A program made the position numbers and the translations under genes. From contig OZ361260.1 of the NCBI GenBank assembly GCA_977018835.1, forward strand, positions 3,162,001-3,226,000: DNA of 64,000 nucleotides, in the 5' to 3' direction. Source of the DNA: Minutocellus sp. GHC0000111. Lineage: Eukaryota. The notes under the pieces are model-generated. The model saw nothing but the letters and a program-made list of their open reading frames with translations, made no database searches and was not told the DNA's origin. Shown one piece after another: positions 50,329-62,900 of this stretch (positions are counted from its first letter, which is position 1; every line of letters begins with the position of its first letter).

Positions 50329-50974
50329 ATGTAGATCTACCGGTGCTAGCTACTAGATCTACATGTACATGTACATGTGTACCGGCAGATGCTCTGATAG
50401 TGACGGATTCTCGGCTCGTCATTCGAGTCGAGAATATGGCTACTACGAGCAGTTTAGAGGTTTTAGGAGTGGACCTGAACGGCGCTATGAGTAATTATTT
50501 GCGGCTGGCTTTGCTGATCCTACTTTCTTCACTTCTCATTGCCTGATTATGTCGATCCTATAAAACGTCTATGTACCGGTAGAAAATTGTCATACATGTG
50601 TACCGGTACTACACATGTACCTACCGTAGTAGATCTAGGTAGCTAGTATACATGTAGCTCGTTGTGATTGGCGAAAGCTGCCTTGTCGGCTGCTACCATT
50701 GGTAAAGCACATGTCGTAGATCTAATACCAGTACTCGGCATCTAGGACATGAAAATGAAAACAACTCTTCTCTCAACTCAACTCCAAGCAAGCATACCGG
50801 TACATGTAGTTCCAGGCCCAACGGACGAACGTGGTGATTTTCTGCGACGTAAACTGTGCGTCAGAAAAATCAACGCGAGCCACGCAGATAGAGCCGCCGC
50901 GAGAGCGCCAGCAGCAGCAGAGGCAGCAAAAGATACGCGTGGCACATGATGTGAATGTACCAGTTCCAAAGGGA

Positions 50975-52141
50975 ATGGCGGACGATCAGCTCATCGCCGA
51001 GTGGCAGGAGATCCAAAGGGAAATAGCTTCCAAGGTTGTGGAGAAAAATAGTGACGACTTCTTTAGCCACAAGGAATATCTTACAGAGATTCCGCCAATA
51101 TCTTTTGGCGCCAAAGAAGGGGACGATGATGGGCATAATAACAGATTCAAGTACCGGCCACTGAACATTGACGAAGGCGGTCATATCAATGATGATTCAT
51201 TGTATGGTGGGGTCGACGTCTCGTTTGGTCCTCTTACAACTGACGACGCTGATCAAATTCACTCCCGGTGTACCGCCGTGGCGGTCTATGTCGTCCTTCG
51301 TCGTCAACAGAAGCAAAAGAATAAGCACAAAAGGCAACCAAACAGCGAGATATTGAGTGATGATTACGAGCTGGCTTATTCTGATTCCATTCACTACACG
51401 CCCAATGTGCCCTACATGTCAGGGTACTTGGCAATCCGAGAAATTGAGCCTCTACAAACTATGGTCCAACGTCAAATAGAGCAAAAGCCAGAATGCACCC
51501 CTCGAGTCATCTTGGTTGATGGAAATGGCATGCTTCATCCTCGAAAAGCAGGGATTGCTTGCTTTCTAGGAGTAAGAACTGGCGTCCCGACCATTGGGAT
51601 TGGTAAGAATTTGTGTTGTGTGGAACATTGCTGGACGGTCGACGGTGCGGAGGCTGCCGTTGCTTTAGGACTTCGGGATGCTGTGTTGGCTACATCAGCA
51701 AGAATGGCCGAATCAGACCAAGTAATTTCTGATACAAGGGATGTGAGGTTTGGAAAAACAAAGCATATTTATGATAACTGCAAGGATGTGCCGAGCATGA
51801 AGGAATCTGTGGATATGTTGGCTGCAACATGCAGGGGGTATGCTGTCAATCTTCAGGCATCGAATGGCAAAATATTGGGTGCAGCCGTGTATGGCCATGG
51901 TGGAAGAGCAAATGGCAAGCATGGGAAGCGAACTTCAAATCCAATCTATGTATCTGTCGGGCATAACATATCTTTGGGGGAATCAATTGTTCTCTGCACA
52001 AAGCTCTGCAATTCGAGAATCCCAGAGCCCGTTCGCGTTGCAGATCTGCTGGGTAGAAAGCTTATGCGCGAGAGTGAAACCAATGCCGTATATAGAGTGA
52101 TTTCACGAGAGAGCAGACACCCCCTCCGCGATGTTTCGTAA
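50975..52141 (+). CDS. ENDOV: Endonuclease V
   Basis: GGVDVSF, PYMSGYLAIRE, VILVDGNGMLHPR, PTIGIGKN, PIYVSVGH and RIPEPVRVAD. Confidence 0.95.
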   Translation: MADDQLIAEWQEIQREIASKVVEKNSDDFFSHKEYLTEIPPISFGAKEGDDDGHNNRFKYRPLNIDEGGHINDDSLYGGVDVSFGPLTTDDADQIHSRCTAVAVYVVLRRQQKQKNKHKRQPNSEILSDDYELAYSDSIHYTPNVPYMSGYLAIREIEPLQTMVQRQIEQKPECTPRVILVDGNGMLHPRKAGIACFLGVRTGVPTIGIGKNLCCVEHCWTVDGAEAAVALGLRDAVLATSARMAESDQVISDTRDVRFGKTKHIYDNCKDVPSMKESVDMLAATCRGYAVNLQASNGKILGAAVYGHGGRANGKHGKRTSNPIYVSVGHNISLGESIVLCTKLCNSRIPEPVRVADLLGRKLMRESETNAVYRVISRESRHPLRDVS

Positions 52142-52142
52142 A

Positions 52143-52229
52143 CATTGTACCAACTTCCTTTTATTGATGATCCTTACTCAGAAGGGTATTGCAGACCATA
52201 ATCAACAATAAAAGGAAGTTGGTACAATG
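52143..52229. repeat. Inverted repeat with 29-bp arms (28/29 match) and a 29-nt loop
   Basis: CATTGTACCAACTTCCTTTTATTG(A/T)TGAT at 52143-52171 and its reverse complement at 52201-52229. Confidence 0.9.
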
Positions 52230-53733
52230 ATCTTGGTGCTCTTTTAGCACATGATATAGATACGGTATTAGAGTGTTTCTTTTGGTACACTATTGTTTGA
52301 AAATTTATTTTTATGTCGTAGAATACACTTGTGCTGTTTCAAGAAAGAAAAAATACATCAAACTTTATAACGAAACAAAACCCATTTCGTTCAACGAATG
52401 GGGCCACAACATGTGTCGCCGACGTGCCTCCCATTGAGAACAATCAAGACTATGGGGCACCATACCCTTGTAATAGCCTTTCACAACACTGTGGTGCAGC
52501 AGGAGACTTGCAATTACTTTTTTGAGCCTTGAAAAATTCGTTCGCGTTAGACCCGATTTTTTCGACAGTTTCCGACGTTCCATCACGACCATGTTCGCCC
52601 GATGTACAGCACCACCCCGGCCATCGCATACACTCTGACCACCTAGATGCCTTCCTGAATATTACTGGAAGGGATTTTTGGGCGATAGCGGTGCGTCGGT
52701 GCGTGCCTGTACCGCGAAATGTGGCCCAGCGCCATTACCACCCCCATTACACCACCCATCCGAAAGTTGGTCCGGATGCTTTTATGCGGTCCATGCACCA
52801 CTTCCGTTGCACTGAGCCGTCGACGCTTCACCCATATATATACCAAGCGCATTTGAGTGGGGGGTGGTGGCATTTCTTGACAATTCATAGAGAAAACTAT
52901 TCCCAAAGTCCCGTGTCTGATGTCGGCACCAGATTTCACCTTCATTGCTTCTGCCACCCGAGAGGAACGAAACCGGAGAAAGCGGCCAAACCAACACGTG
53001 AGATCGATGGATGTAATATAGAATGAGCATCGTGCGTGCTGATATTGCGTGAAGGAACAGTGGTTGAGGCTTGAAGGGGGTTGTAGTTGGGGATTTGCTA
53101 CTTTCAGAGTTCACTTTCCATGATGACGGCCACAATGATACAAAGATGGGGCCCAATATCGACCCTCTGGCGCAAACTTGCTCCCAATATTACCCAAGTG
53201 AAAGTAATGCCGGTCAGGGAGGATTGAAATGGATGTAGACAAGCATCAGCCATCATTCTTTGCCATTTTGAGGGTAAAAAAATATTGAAAATTTCTGGGC
53301 ATGAGGAGATGTTGCTAAAATAGCACATGATGTACGAATGAGTTTGCTTTCAAGTATGCAATACTCACCTAACGCATGTAGTTGGCGTATACATCGGTTG
53401 GCTTGGAGTTATTTATCGTTATACCATCATTTGGTGGCCTTCTTGTGGAGATGAATTCTCCTTGCTTTCGCCGTGTTGAGAGAGGCCATTTAGTGGGTTC
53501 ATTTTTGCGCTGCATAAAGTATCGCACAAAAAAATTTCCTAGTGCCTTACTATTTACGGCGATTTTGTCGGCGGTCTCGTGGAATCACTCTATAATTTGT
53601 TCGTTATCGTTCAAATTATGCACTGATAAATAGACATTGCGTAGGGTACATGCTCTACGAAAAAATAGCTTTCTCTATCGTTGCGTGGTCTACGAGTATA
53701 AAAGAAGAAGAATGAATCTATCTGATGATAAAA

Positions 53734-54680
53734 TTATGCTGCCTCCAACTGATCGGCAACGACTGAAAGGGTTCCTCTCAGCACACTTGCGGCATCTGCA
53801 CTCATGTCACGTGGCACACACAATCTTGAAGCAACCATTTTCGCTGCCAAGGCTGCATCCTTTCGGGTATCACTCCCCAGCTCGATTACCGCATCCAAAT
53901 TTGCGTCCATAATGGTCGAACCGGACGAATCACAAGATCCCAAAAGAGCCTCTGCAACAGAACGAAGTACGAGATCAGCAGCCTTCGTATCTCTAGCGCG
54001 TCCAATGTGTTGCTGAGAAACTGGATCCGACCGAGTACAATCGGCAACGACAGCTTCATAGTTGGAAATGAGCTTGGTCGCAGCCTCTAGCGCATGCTTT
54101 CCACCCTCATCAGTTGCCATATTTTCAACGAATGAGGCCGACAATGTCTGGGCAGTCTCGTCAGCACGTTTGATTGCAGCAGCAATGTCAGGTTTGTCTT
54201 CCCCTCCTCCAAAGTACCGCAGGAACATACTATTTGTAGCGACCCAACTGTATTGATCTCCTCTCACTCTGCCAGCGTAAGGTGCGTAAGCATCCATTGT
54301 CTTGAACCAATCGACTAAACCTGGTCTACCGTCAAGAATATCAATAGCAGTAGTGATTGGAAGTTGGTAGCGCCATCTCTCCAAAGTAGGAATCACTATG
54401 GCATCAATAGCGGTAAACTCCTTACCAAGCCGAAAGGATCCCTCTCCTTGTCCCTGCAATGCCGCGTCCAGACGGTCCAATTCATCGAGAAACTTTGTTC
54501 GCCTTTCCATCTTGTCTTCTTCCGTCAGTGATGCATTCCTGCCACCATACACAAATGCCAAACCAGCCGATTGTAGATCCTCGTTCATTTGCAGTGCCGC
54601 CTGGAAGTTGGCGTCATCCTCGTGCATCATTTTGGGTGTATCTGGAAATTCCTCGTCAAGTGCTCTGAGAATATCAGTTA
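53734..54680 (-). pseudogene. Glutathione S-transferase-family protein lacking its N-terminal domain
   Basis: DILRALDEEFPDTP..LDRLDAAL..GSFRLGKEFTAIDAIVIPTLERW; RLCVPRDMSA; no thioredoxin-fold part or suitable ATG upstream. Confidence 0.65.
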
Positions 54681-55181
54681 TGAGGAAGTTTGGAAATATA
54701 TTCCTCAATCGTCTCAGAGTCTCGCCCCTGCCACAAAATGAGCAATAAGGCGCTCGAAATCACCCTCTCGCCCATAAACATAGAGCTGAATCTGTTCTTT
54801 GGGTAGCAACGAAAGCAAAACCTTGGCACTATTCCCGGCATTCAGATACTCCTTGTGATGCAAAAGAATTTCACATTGGGTAGAAGGTCAAGCACCAAAG
54901 GACCTGGCATTCGATCACAGATACAGCGAATCTCTCTGTCATACCAGCACGACGGGCAACGATTGGTGCGCTGCTCCACGACCCGGTAATTTAGGTTCAG
55001 TGTCGCCATCTTCTCGAATAGCGCGAACCCCTCAACACCTTCCTCGACGAAGGATGAACGACGCGACCGCATCTTTTCCACCGCTGCAAAGTAGGGCTGC
55101 GATGTCTCGTTCCTTTCTTGCGACTGCGAATCCTGTAGAGAAGTAGGATGCGAATGTGGAGGACACGTTGGCTCTGCCATT
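54681..55181 (-). pseudogene. 5' fragment of a DTW-domain (tRNA acp3U transferase-like) gene, frameshifted and truncated
   Basis: RCPSCW....CIC followed, after a frameshift, by HHKEYLNAGNSAKVL; the DxTW motif is absent. Confidence 0.6.
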
Positions 55182-55362
55182 TTTACTCGTCGCGGATACT
55201 CTTTGGAAGTGCTCAGTACCACCCCACGCTACCACTCGCAATTGAGTAATTGAGAGGCGGCAAGCTCGATCAAGCAAGCAAGCAAGGATGAGGACCGCTC
55301 CTTAGCACTCTGATTTTTACTTTCACGCCTCAATCCGCCACAGCATTTTCAGCCGCAAAACC

Positions 55363-55935
55363 ATGACGAACGCCACCGACTCCGACTCCTCGCCCCTGAC
55401 TTACTTTCTTGCTGGCGCACTACTGCCAACGCTGGCATATGTGTTCTTGTTTCGAGGAAAATCCACCTCCGAAGCAGTTACTTTCGATGGGCTCGATAAC
55501 GAAGACGATGATGACTCCTCGGACGACGAGTTTGGGGCCGACATGTCCTCAAGTCCAGCGAAAACTTGGGGCATGAAAGATGCACCGTACAAGATGGTTC
55601 TCTGTGTCAACACTTCTCTCGGCATGGGCAAGGGGAAAATTGCAGCCCAATGCTGCCACGCCGCTGTCGGGTGCTACAAGCGCGCACGGAAGAATTGTCC
55701 CGCCGCCGTCCGAGCGTGGGAAATGACTGGCTGCGCAAAGATTGCGGTCAAGTGTCCATCGGAGGATGAGCTTGAGACTATAATGGTAGCCGCTCATCAA
55801 CGAGGATTGCCCATGTACTTTGTTGCCGATGCGGGTAGAACTCAGATTGCCGCTGGATCACGAACAGTCCTGGGTTTGGGACCTGCTCCGGTATCTGCGT
55901 TTGAAGGTGTATCTGACCATCTGAAGCTAATGTAA
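55363..55935 (+). CDS. PTH2: Peptidyl-tRNA hydrolase 2
   Basis: YKMVLCVNTSLGMGKGKIAAQCCHA and VADAGRTQIAAGSRTVLGLGP; N-terminal TM. Confidence 0.96.
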   Translation: MTNATDSDSSPLTYFLAGALLPTLAYVFLFRGKSTSEAVTFDGLDNEDDDDSSDDEFGADMSSSPAKTWGMKDAPYKMVLCVNTSLGMGKGKIAAQCCHAAVGCYKRARKNCPAAVRAWEMTGCAKIAVKCPSEDELETIMVAAHQRGLPMYFVADAGRTQIAAGSRTVLGLGPAPVSAFEGVSDHLKLM

Positions 55936-56270
55936 CTGAAGATTTTTTATATAAGTTGTAGTCTTGCTATCTGTAGCTATGTTATTTTCCCACGATACTA
56001 CCCACTAGAATCTTCATCTAGCCTCGAGTATTCATTGCTTGCCGAGATATCCGAGCATCTGGATCCGACTTGCACCATCGCATGTATTTATCAACATACC
56101 GTCCATTGCTCAATCCTGTCCCTCTCGTCTGCACAAGTCGCAAATCTGCACAAGCCACAAAACTGCGCCAGCGACGTTCCACCGCTTCATTCATTGGTAT
56201 AAGATATTGTATATATGCACCGTTTCTTGTTCATGTATTGCTTTTTTTTCTTCCACACATTTCTATAAAT

Positions 56271-56982
56271 TTATGCGGTGAGCTTACCAAGGACGGCGGA
56301 ACCAACAAAGGAGGCGGCACCGGCGGCACCGAGAGCACCGACGGCGAGGGTCTGGGCGGCAACCTCAGCGACGGTATCGTCGGGGATGAGGTAAACGGCG
56401 CCGGCGGCAGCGGCGAGGGAGGCGATGCCGGCGGTCTGGAGGGTACCGGGGCTGACCTCGATGGCAGCACCGAGGAGGGGGAGGGCGCCGGGGGCGATCT
56501 CAACGACCTTGGGAAGGACGGGGAGGAGCTCGGGGCCGGCGGACTCGACGAGGATCATGACGTCCTTGTTGGAGGCCGCGAGGGCGAGGAGGGGCTCGAG
56601 CTTGGTGAGGGAGATGCCGGCAGCCTGGGCCTTGGAGAGGAGACCGGCCTGGGCGACCTTGGAGAGAAGGCCGGAGGACTCAATGTCGGTGAGGAGGCTC
56701 TTGACAGCGAGGTTGTTGCCGGTGGAGTCGACCTCGGGGGTGTCGATGCTCATCGGTCTTTGGGTGACGATGCGGGGGGCCTGGGAGCCAGAGGGGGCGA
56801 AGGCGGTGGCCGAGGTGGCGAGGAGAGCTGGGCATTGCCGGAAGTTGAAGAAGAAGAGGGAACAGAAACCATGTGAGCGAGGAAAAATGCGGGAAGAAAC
56901 AGATGTGCTCGAAAAGTCGTAGTGTCCGAAAACACTACCGATGCCAAAACTCACCACCGGTAAGAAGACCAAGCTTGACCAT
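56271..56982 (-). CDS. Plastid-targeted DUF1118-like membrane protein (intron 56828-56954)
   Basis: Spliced N-terminus MVKLGLLTGALLATSATAFAP (ASAFAP-type motif); GLLSKVAQAGLLSKAQAAGISLTKLE. Confidence 0.8.
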
Positions 56983-57321
56983 GATGAAGAGACTATTTGG
57001 GTGGGATTGCACAGACAGAAGAGTACGAGGCGAGAGCAAAGGCGGTAGCGCGGCGGCAACAGCTCGGCGCTCCGCTCGGCGTTCCACCATCGTTGGCGGC
57101 CAACAGCGTCGCCTACGTCACTGTGAGATGCGACGGTTATACGTAAGTATGCAGGCAAAATAGAAGTACAGAAAGCCAGATCCAAACACTTAGAGCCGAG
57201 CCGCATCGAACCAAGTGATCGAACCTTCGATTGAAGCCGAGAAATCAAAGGCTCGAAGCGTCACAACTGCTTGATGCCGATCATTCCTCAGGAATAGCGC
57301 ACAAACAATAATATCCCAAAC

Positions 57322-58540
57322 ATGTTCTCCTCCATCGCTCGTCAGGCTCTTCGCCGTGTTCCCTCCTCCTCCTTCCAGGCATCGCGCGCCTTCGCCTCCG
57401 CTGGCTTTCCCGCCCCCCGGCTCTTCGACTACGACACCGTCACGTCCAACCTAACGGTGACGGATGCCATCGAGAGCGTCGAGGAGGCCTTCGCCGCCCT
57501 GGCCAAGGGCAAGGTCGACGTCCCCATGCCGATGCACATTGGCATCGAGGAATCGGCCGTGGCCGGACCTGGCGATTGTCACATCAAGGGTGGATACGTT
57601 TCGGCTACGCCCACATTCACCGTCAAATTGGCATGTGTGTCGTTCTACAAAAATCTCGAGTCTGGTCTCCCCCCTGGATCGGGCATCTTTATCGTCGTCA
57701 ACGCTGTAAGTACGAATGCTTGCGCCTGCCTTTTTCTTTTTTGTGTAACTTGTCTCCGCTTCCTGGGTGCATATATCTCACACCATTCACAAATATTTCC
57801 TCCACAAATAATGCATAATAACCCATTGAATTGTCGGCGACAATTGCCGATTTGTCAATAAATAGGTGACGGGTGCACCACTTGGTGTCTTCCAGGAGAA
57901 CCGATTCATGACCGATCTGCGCACGGGTGCCGCCGGTGCCGTGGCCATGAAGCACTGCAGTAATGAGGATCAGAACGTAGTCGGTTTCATCGGCACTGGC
58001 GCCATTGCACGTAACATGGCCCGTGCCGCCGCGGCAACTCGTCCCTTCACCGGCATCTGCTACGGTCTTGATACGGACATGTCGGTCGAGTTTGCCGAGT
58101 CCATGTCCGCGGAGCTGGGCATGCCCTTCAAGGTAGCGGAATCAGCGCAGGAGCTTTGCGGAGAGTCGGACATTATCTTTACACAGACTACTGGTTCCAG
58201 TACCGTTCTCGAAAAGGATGGGCTCAAGGAAAGTGGCGTAACAATCATTGCATCGGGGTCGGATCAGCCGACCAAGCAGGAGATCCCCAACGATGTTCTG
58301 AAGGCATCGAAGTACATTGCCGATCTGGTCAAGCAAACGTCCAAGGTTGGTGAATTGAGAGGTCCATTGCAGGCTGGCGTCATGACCGAGGATGATGTGT
58401 ACGCGGAACTTGGAGAGATTGTCAATGGAGACAAGCCCGGCAGAGAAGGAAATGAAATCATTGTCGTCGATCTTACGGGCACCGGGGCACAAGATGCTGC
58501 TATTGGACAGGTTGCATGGGATAAGCTTTCAGTACTGTGA
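57322..58540 (+). CDS. Ornithine cyclodeaminase/mu-crystallin family protein with mitochondrial presequence (intron 57706-57865)
   Basis: MTDLRTGAAGA, GFIGTGAIA, ELGEIVNG..GR and DLTGTGAQDAAI; Arg/Ser-rich N-terminus. Confidence 0.93.
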
Positions 58541-58999
58541 AGGGCGTGACAAACAATCAACAATGAAATACGCACATACTACACATTTTTTGTCATCTGA
58601 GTGTGCATCAGTCCATCCTGAGAATAAACTAGTAAATGAGAAAGGCCAGACCTGGGTTATTAGCAAAACTTAAAGCGAAATCTCTTTCTGGTATTATATT
58701 TATGGGCCATCACTTACTAACACATACAGCTGTAGTAGGAACTGGAAGGCTTGGTTGAGAATTGAGCGCGTTCTTTTTTGCCGTCTGACACGGTCCCCTT
58801 ATACGGAAATTCGGGGATTGACGATCTGATCTTGACTACTGACTTGCTGAAGCTGCTGAGATAGCTTCGCTTTGCTGCCTGCTGCTCTGCGGCGATTGCC
58901 ACATCTATCTCGCCCGTTGCCTTCCAACTTCCAACTGCCACCGACTTGCTGCCCGACCTCCGAGGAACAATAAATAAAACACAATTATTGTGCGACAGG

Positions 59000-59875
59000 A
59001 TGATAAAAGAGTTGTCATATCTTATTTTCCAGATTTTGCTTTTGGTACCTAGCCAGGCTTTGTCTGCCGGCAGACAGCAGCCAGGTGCCACAAGTAGGAC
59101 TACAACCGGTGAAACGACCGGATCAAGGAAGCCTGTGCTTGTGATAGGAGCGACCGGGAGACTGGGATCGGTGATTGTACAAAAGTTGAGTTCCAAAAAT
59201 ATTCCATATCGGTGCTTGGTCCGGCGAAAGTCTCCGAATTTCGATCGTATTCAATATCCAGGAGGTCAGGTATTTGAAGGGGGCTTGGCAAATCCGAAAC
59301 ACGTGGAAGCCGCGGTCAATAGCGGCGACGGAATCAGCGGGTGTATTTGCGTGAGCGGCTCGTTCCGCAAAACTAGGATAAGCGATGTGTTGTTACCATG
59401 GCGATGGTCCAACAAGAGTAAGAACAAGGACACGACACATCCGTACACTGTCAATTACAAAGGAATGCAACACTTATGTACGTCGGTGAATGACTACAAT
59501 CAACAACACGAGAAGATCAAGATTGTGAAGGTATCAGGTGTCATGTTGAGCTTACCGAAATGGCACCATATCAACATACTTGGAAATTTGATCTACTCAG
59601 GTGTATTGCGTTGGCATAGAGCAGGAGAGCGCGAGATAATGAATAGTGGTGTTCCCTTCACGGTACTTAGACCAGGTAGCTTCCGAGACGACAAAGAAAG
59701 TGGCCACATAAAGAAGGGAACAGAAATAGTCGAAGATGGAGCCCTCAAACCTAGCTTACGCTTGAAGAAACCTGTAATAGGTATCGACGATCTTGCCGAG
59801 ATATGCATTGATTGCCTCGCTTTTCGTGATGATATTGATGGAAAAGTGCTTTATCCGAGATGGATGATATCATAA
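59000..59875 (+). CDS. Atypical SDR / NAD(P)-binding Rossmann protein with signal peptide
   Basis: VLVIGATGRLG and SGVPFTVLRPG. Confidence 0.85.
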   Translation: MIKELSYLIFQILLLVPSQALSAGRQQPGATSRTTTGETTGSRKPVLVIGATGRLGSVIVQKLSSKNIPYRCLVRRKSPNFDRIQYPGGQVFEGGLANPKHVEAAVNSGDGISGCICVSGSFRKTRISDVLLPWRWSNKSKNKDTTHPYTVNYKGMQHLCTSVNDYNQQHEKIKIVKVSGVMLSLPKWHHINILGNLIYSGVLRWHRAGEREIMNSGVPFTVLRPGSFRDDKESGHIKKGTEIVEDGALKPSLRLKKPVIGIDDLAEICIDCLAFRDDIDGKVLYPRWMIS

Positions 59876-59973
59876 AGCCTCAAAATGAATCTCAAACTAG
59901 GATAGAAATTGTAGCTACAAATTGCTTTCTATATAACAAATTATCTAAACATGTGGTATGAAACAATAAATTT

Positions 59974-62900
59974 TCAGTTCTTTTCTGTGTTAGGGGCCAA
60001 GGGATCCGAGCGCGCAAGCAGCTTGCTAAACTCCTGGTTCGCCAGGATGGGCTTGGCATATCGCTGGCACTGTTCTCCACTGTATCCTTCGGGAATGGCA
60101 ACCAAAATTTCACCTCGGAAAATATTGGCCGAGCCTCCAGCAACTGCACCGCTTGCCATGAGATCTAAATCGGTCAATATCGATGCAGCACTTCCTTCTG
60201 AATTTGGCCGGCAAAGACCGACATAAGCTTGGTGTCCCAAGAGTTGTTCTGTGGCGTTGTTTGGAATAAGATCAACAAGATCACCAATAGTAGCCACCGA
60301 AGGATAGTAAACAAGCTGGACGAGCTCAAAGAGCCGCATCCTGGGCTGAAGAAGAAGGACAAAGATTTTGTTTGTTGGTGCATGCGAGGGAAGTCCCTCG
60401 GTGACCACCGTGATCGCACTTTCACTGGATACCGTGACGGCGCGGGTATTCGGCGCTGCTGGGCCTGCATTTCTGGTTGAGGTCGAGCCTCGAACGGCTA
60501 GAGCACGTTCATTGCTGTTACCGAAGAGGACCAGGGCACTGCTTGGAGTGCGAAGGGGGGCGTTGTACTCTACCAAGGCGCTGCTGCTCGGTCCAGCTTC
60601 ATCGTCGTCATCATAAATTGTGTCTTCATTCAGGAGGGCGCTATAGGCAAGGCTGCTCATGAGGATGGAATTGGAAGTCTTGCGGTTGGCCCTGGGAATC
60701 GGTGGTGCAACGGGTGGCCGGGCTGCCTGAGCCGCAGTGGAGGCCTCTTGCAAGGAGCTGGCACCAGTTCCAGCCTTGGACTTTGCAACTTCCTCGCGAG
60801 TGGGAGGGTGAGTTTCATCGGCCGGCGATGGCACATGTGTCTTCGACACTTTTGTTGCACTTTCGCTCGTACCATTGGCTTTGGTGCCACCACCTCCAGT
60901 ACCCTCCAGACGATACACCTTCATGGTGGTACCCCCGGCTCCAACCATGTCGACACCCTTCTCCACAAGACTTGCCGTGGAATACGTAGTGGTATGACGA
61001 CCACAGGCATCGTACTGCCTACGGGACATTCCTCGGACAGGACTGTCAGCACTTTCCGAGGTGTGCTTGTGCACTGTCCTTCCAATCGCTTTGACTTCCT
61101 TATCCACGGCGTTGGGATCCATTCCAGTCATGTATCCTTGAAGAGGACCTGACATGAAGTTATTCAGGAAGTGATCTGTACCTTCCTCCATCACACCATC
61201 TCGCCCTCCGCCATAGGCATCTTCCTCTTCATCGTAGAGGCAGCCGGTGGGTCTGGAGATTCCAACACGAGAACCAACCGAAGCATCGTCGTTATTGTCT
61301 GCGCCATCAGACGAATCATCGTCGGTGTCGTACACCACAGCGGCGGCTGAGGCACATTTTGATCCATTCCGACTCAAAAAGGCGGCAAGCATTTTGGTGA
61401 TTGATTGGGACTTGTTGCTGGGAGAGGGCACAAGGGCGAGGGCGTTCTTTTCGGCCGGTGCTTCATCATCGGTCAACACGCTTTCATCGCCCCTGCCATT
61501 CACGACGAGATCTTCTTCACCATCGTACCACATGGAAAATGGGGTCATCTTCTTCTGCGATGCTTCCGGATGGCGGAATCTGTCTAAATCAGGACGCTTT
61601 TGATGCTCCTTGTAACTGGCGTCGTCCTCATCGTCAACCGAAGACGAAGCTACGACCAGAGCAGTAGAGGTCGCCGCTGGCACTGCATGTAGCCCGGGCA
61701 TCTCTAAATCTTCAGGACAGGCAAGGCCGTCCTCTTCATCGTCGTCGCTGTAAAGCTCATCGTAAGGGTTGTTGCCATATTCTGACTGATTCTGCGTCGA
61801 AGTCTGAGCGTAGCCTTCTGGCGATGGTTCAGCGGTATCATCTGCTGTGCTATTACCTCCGGAAGATGATGAATCTGCCTTTTTCTTCTTGCGCGTAATC
61901 CTCAACTTCTTACCCAGACTTTTCTTCCAGCTCTTCTTCCCTTTCTTGGTACCATCCTTGGAAGAGTTGGCTCCAGCGGGGTCATCTAATGGAGAGGAAA
62001 AGTCGTGATCGACGTCACCACCCTCCTTGACAATATCTGACGAGACGGCCGCCGCGGTAGCTGCCGTTGAAGATGACATGACTGCCAGGGTGTACTTACT
62101 TGAGGGAGATGGGCTATCTACGCTGTCGGGACTCAGAGGCGAAGCGATGGCACTTAGCTTGGTAGAGCTCCCGCCGACGTCGGCGGCCGGGGCGGGCGTT
62201 GGAGCTGCCAGATCGGGCCCATCGCGGAAGAACTTGGGCGCTCGGAAGGCAATATTGCCATGGGTGCGATGGTATTGATGGGGCTGCACCTGATGCTTCT
62301 TCGAGTCGTCCCTCCACGTGACTCCGGAGTCAACTCCCTGGGCCATGTTCATCTTACCGTTGGTGTTGGCGCTGGTCGTATCATCATCGGGGTCCAAGTC
62401 GGAGTCCGAGTAGTCATCCACGTCCATCAATTCATCCCTGGAGGCGGGGGTGATGGGAACGATGGCGGTAGTAGCAGCAGCATCTGCACCGATGGGAGAG
62501 GAGGTGCTGGCAATGTCCAAGTCGGAGAAGCCGGAGCAGTCCGACCCGTCGTCATCGTCCACGTCCATGAGCTCGTCGGGCGATGCCGGGCTGAGCGGTG
62601 CCACTACGTGGTCCGAGGTAGTCGAGTCCTCGTCCTCCTCCTTGCAAACTTCTTCCGGAATTTGGTGCTGCTCACCATTGCAGAGAAGCAGCTGCTTCTC
62701 TTGAGCATGGTGGTGATGCTGCCGATCGGCGACGGCCGCCTCGTTGGAAGCCGACGCGGCGCTCAAGATGAAGGAGAAGTACCCCTTCCCGGTCGTGGGG
62801 CGGGGCGCCTCGGTGGCAATCTCAATGGTCTTTATCGGCGGCGGAGCCGGGAGGACCAGCGGCTTGGACGATCCCGGAATGGCCATCTCTCCCAACGTTT

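Noticed and set aside
50975..52141. Endonuclease V as part of the A->G mutator locus
   Set aside because: The inosine chemistry is suggestive, but ENDOV is a widespread housekeeping gene and proximity in a eukaryote is not evidence
52330..53640. Short ORFs in an AT-richer segment
   Set aside because: Interrupted by stops in all frames I tried; no recognisable family
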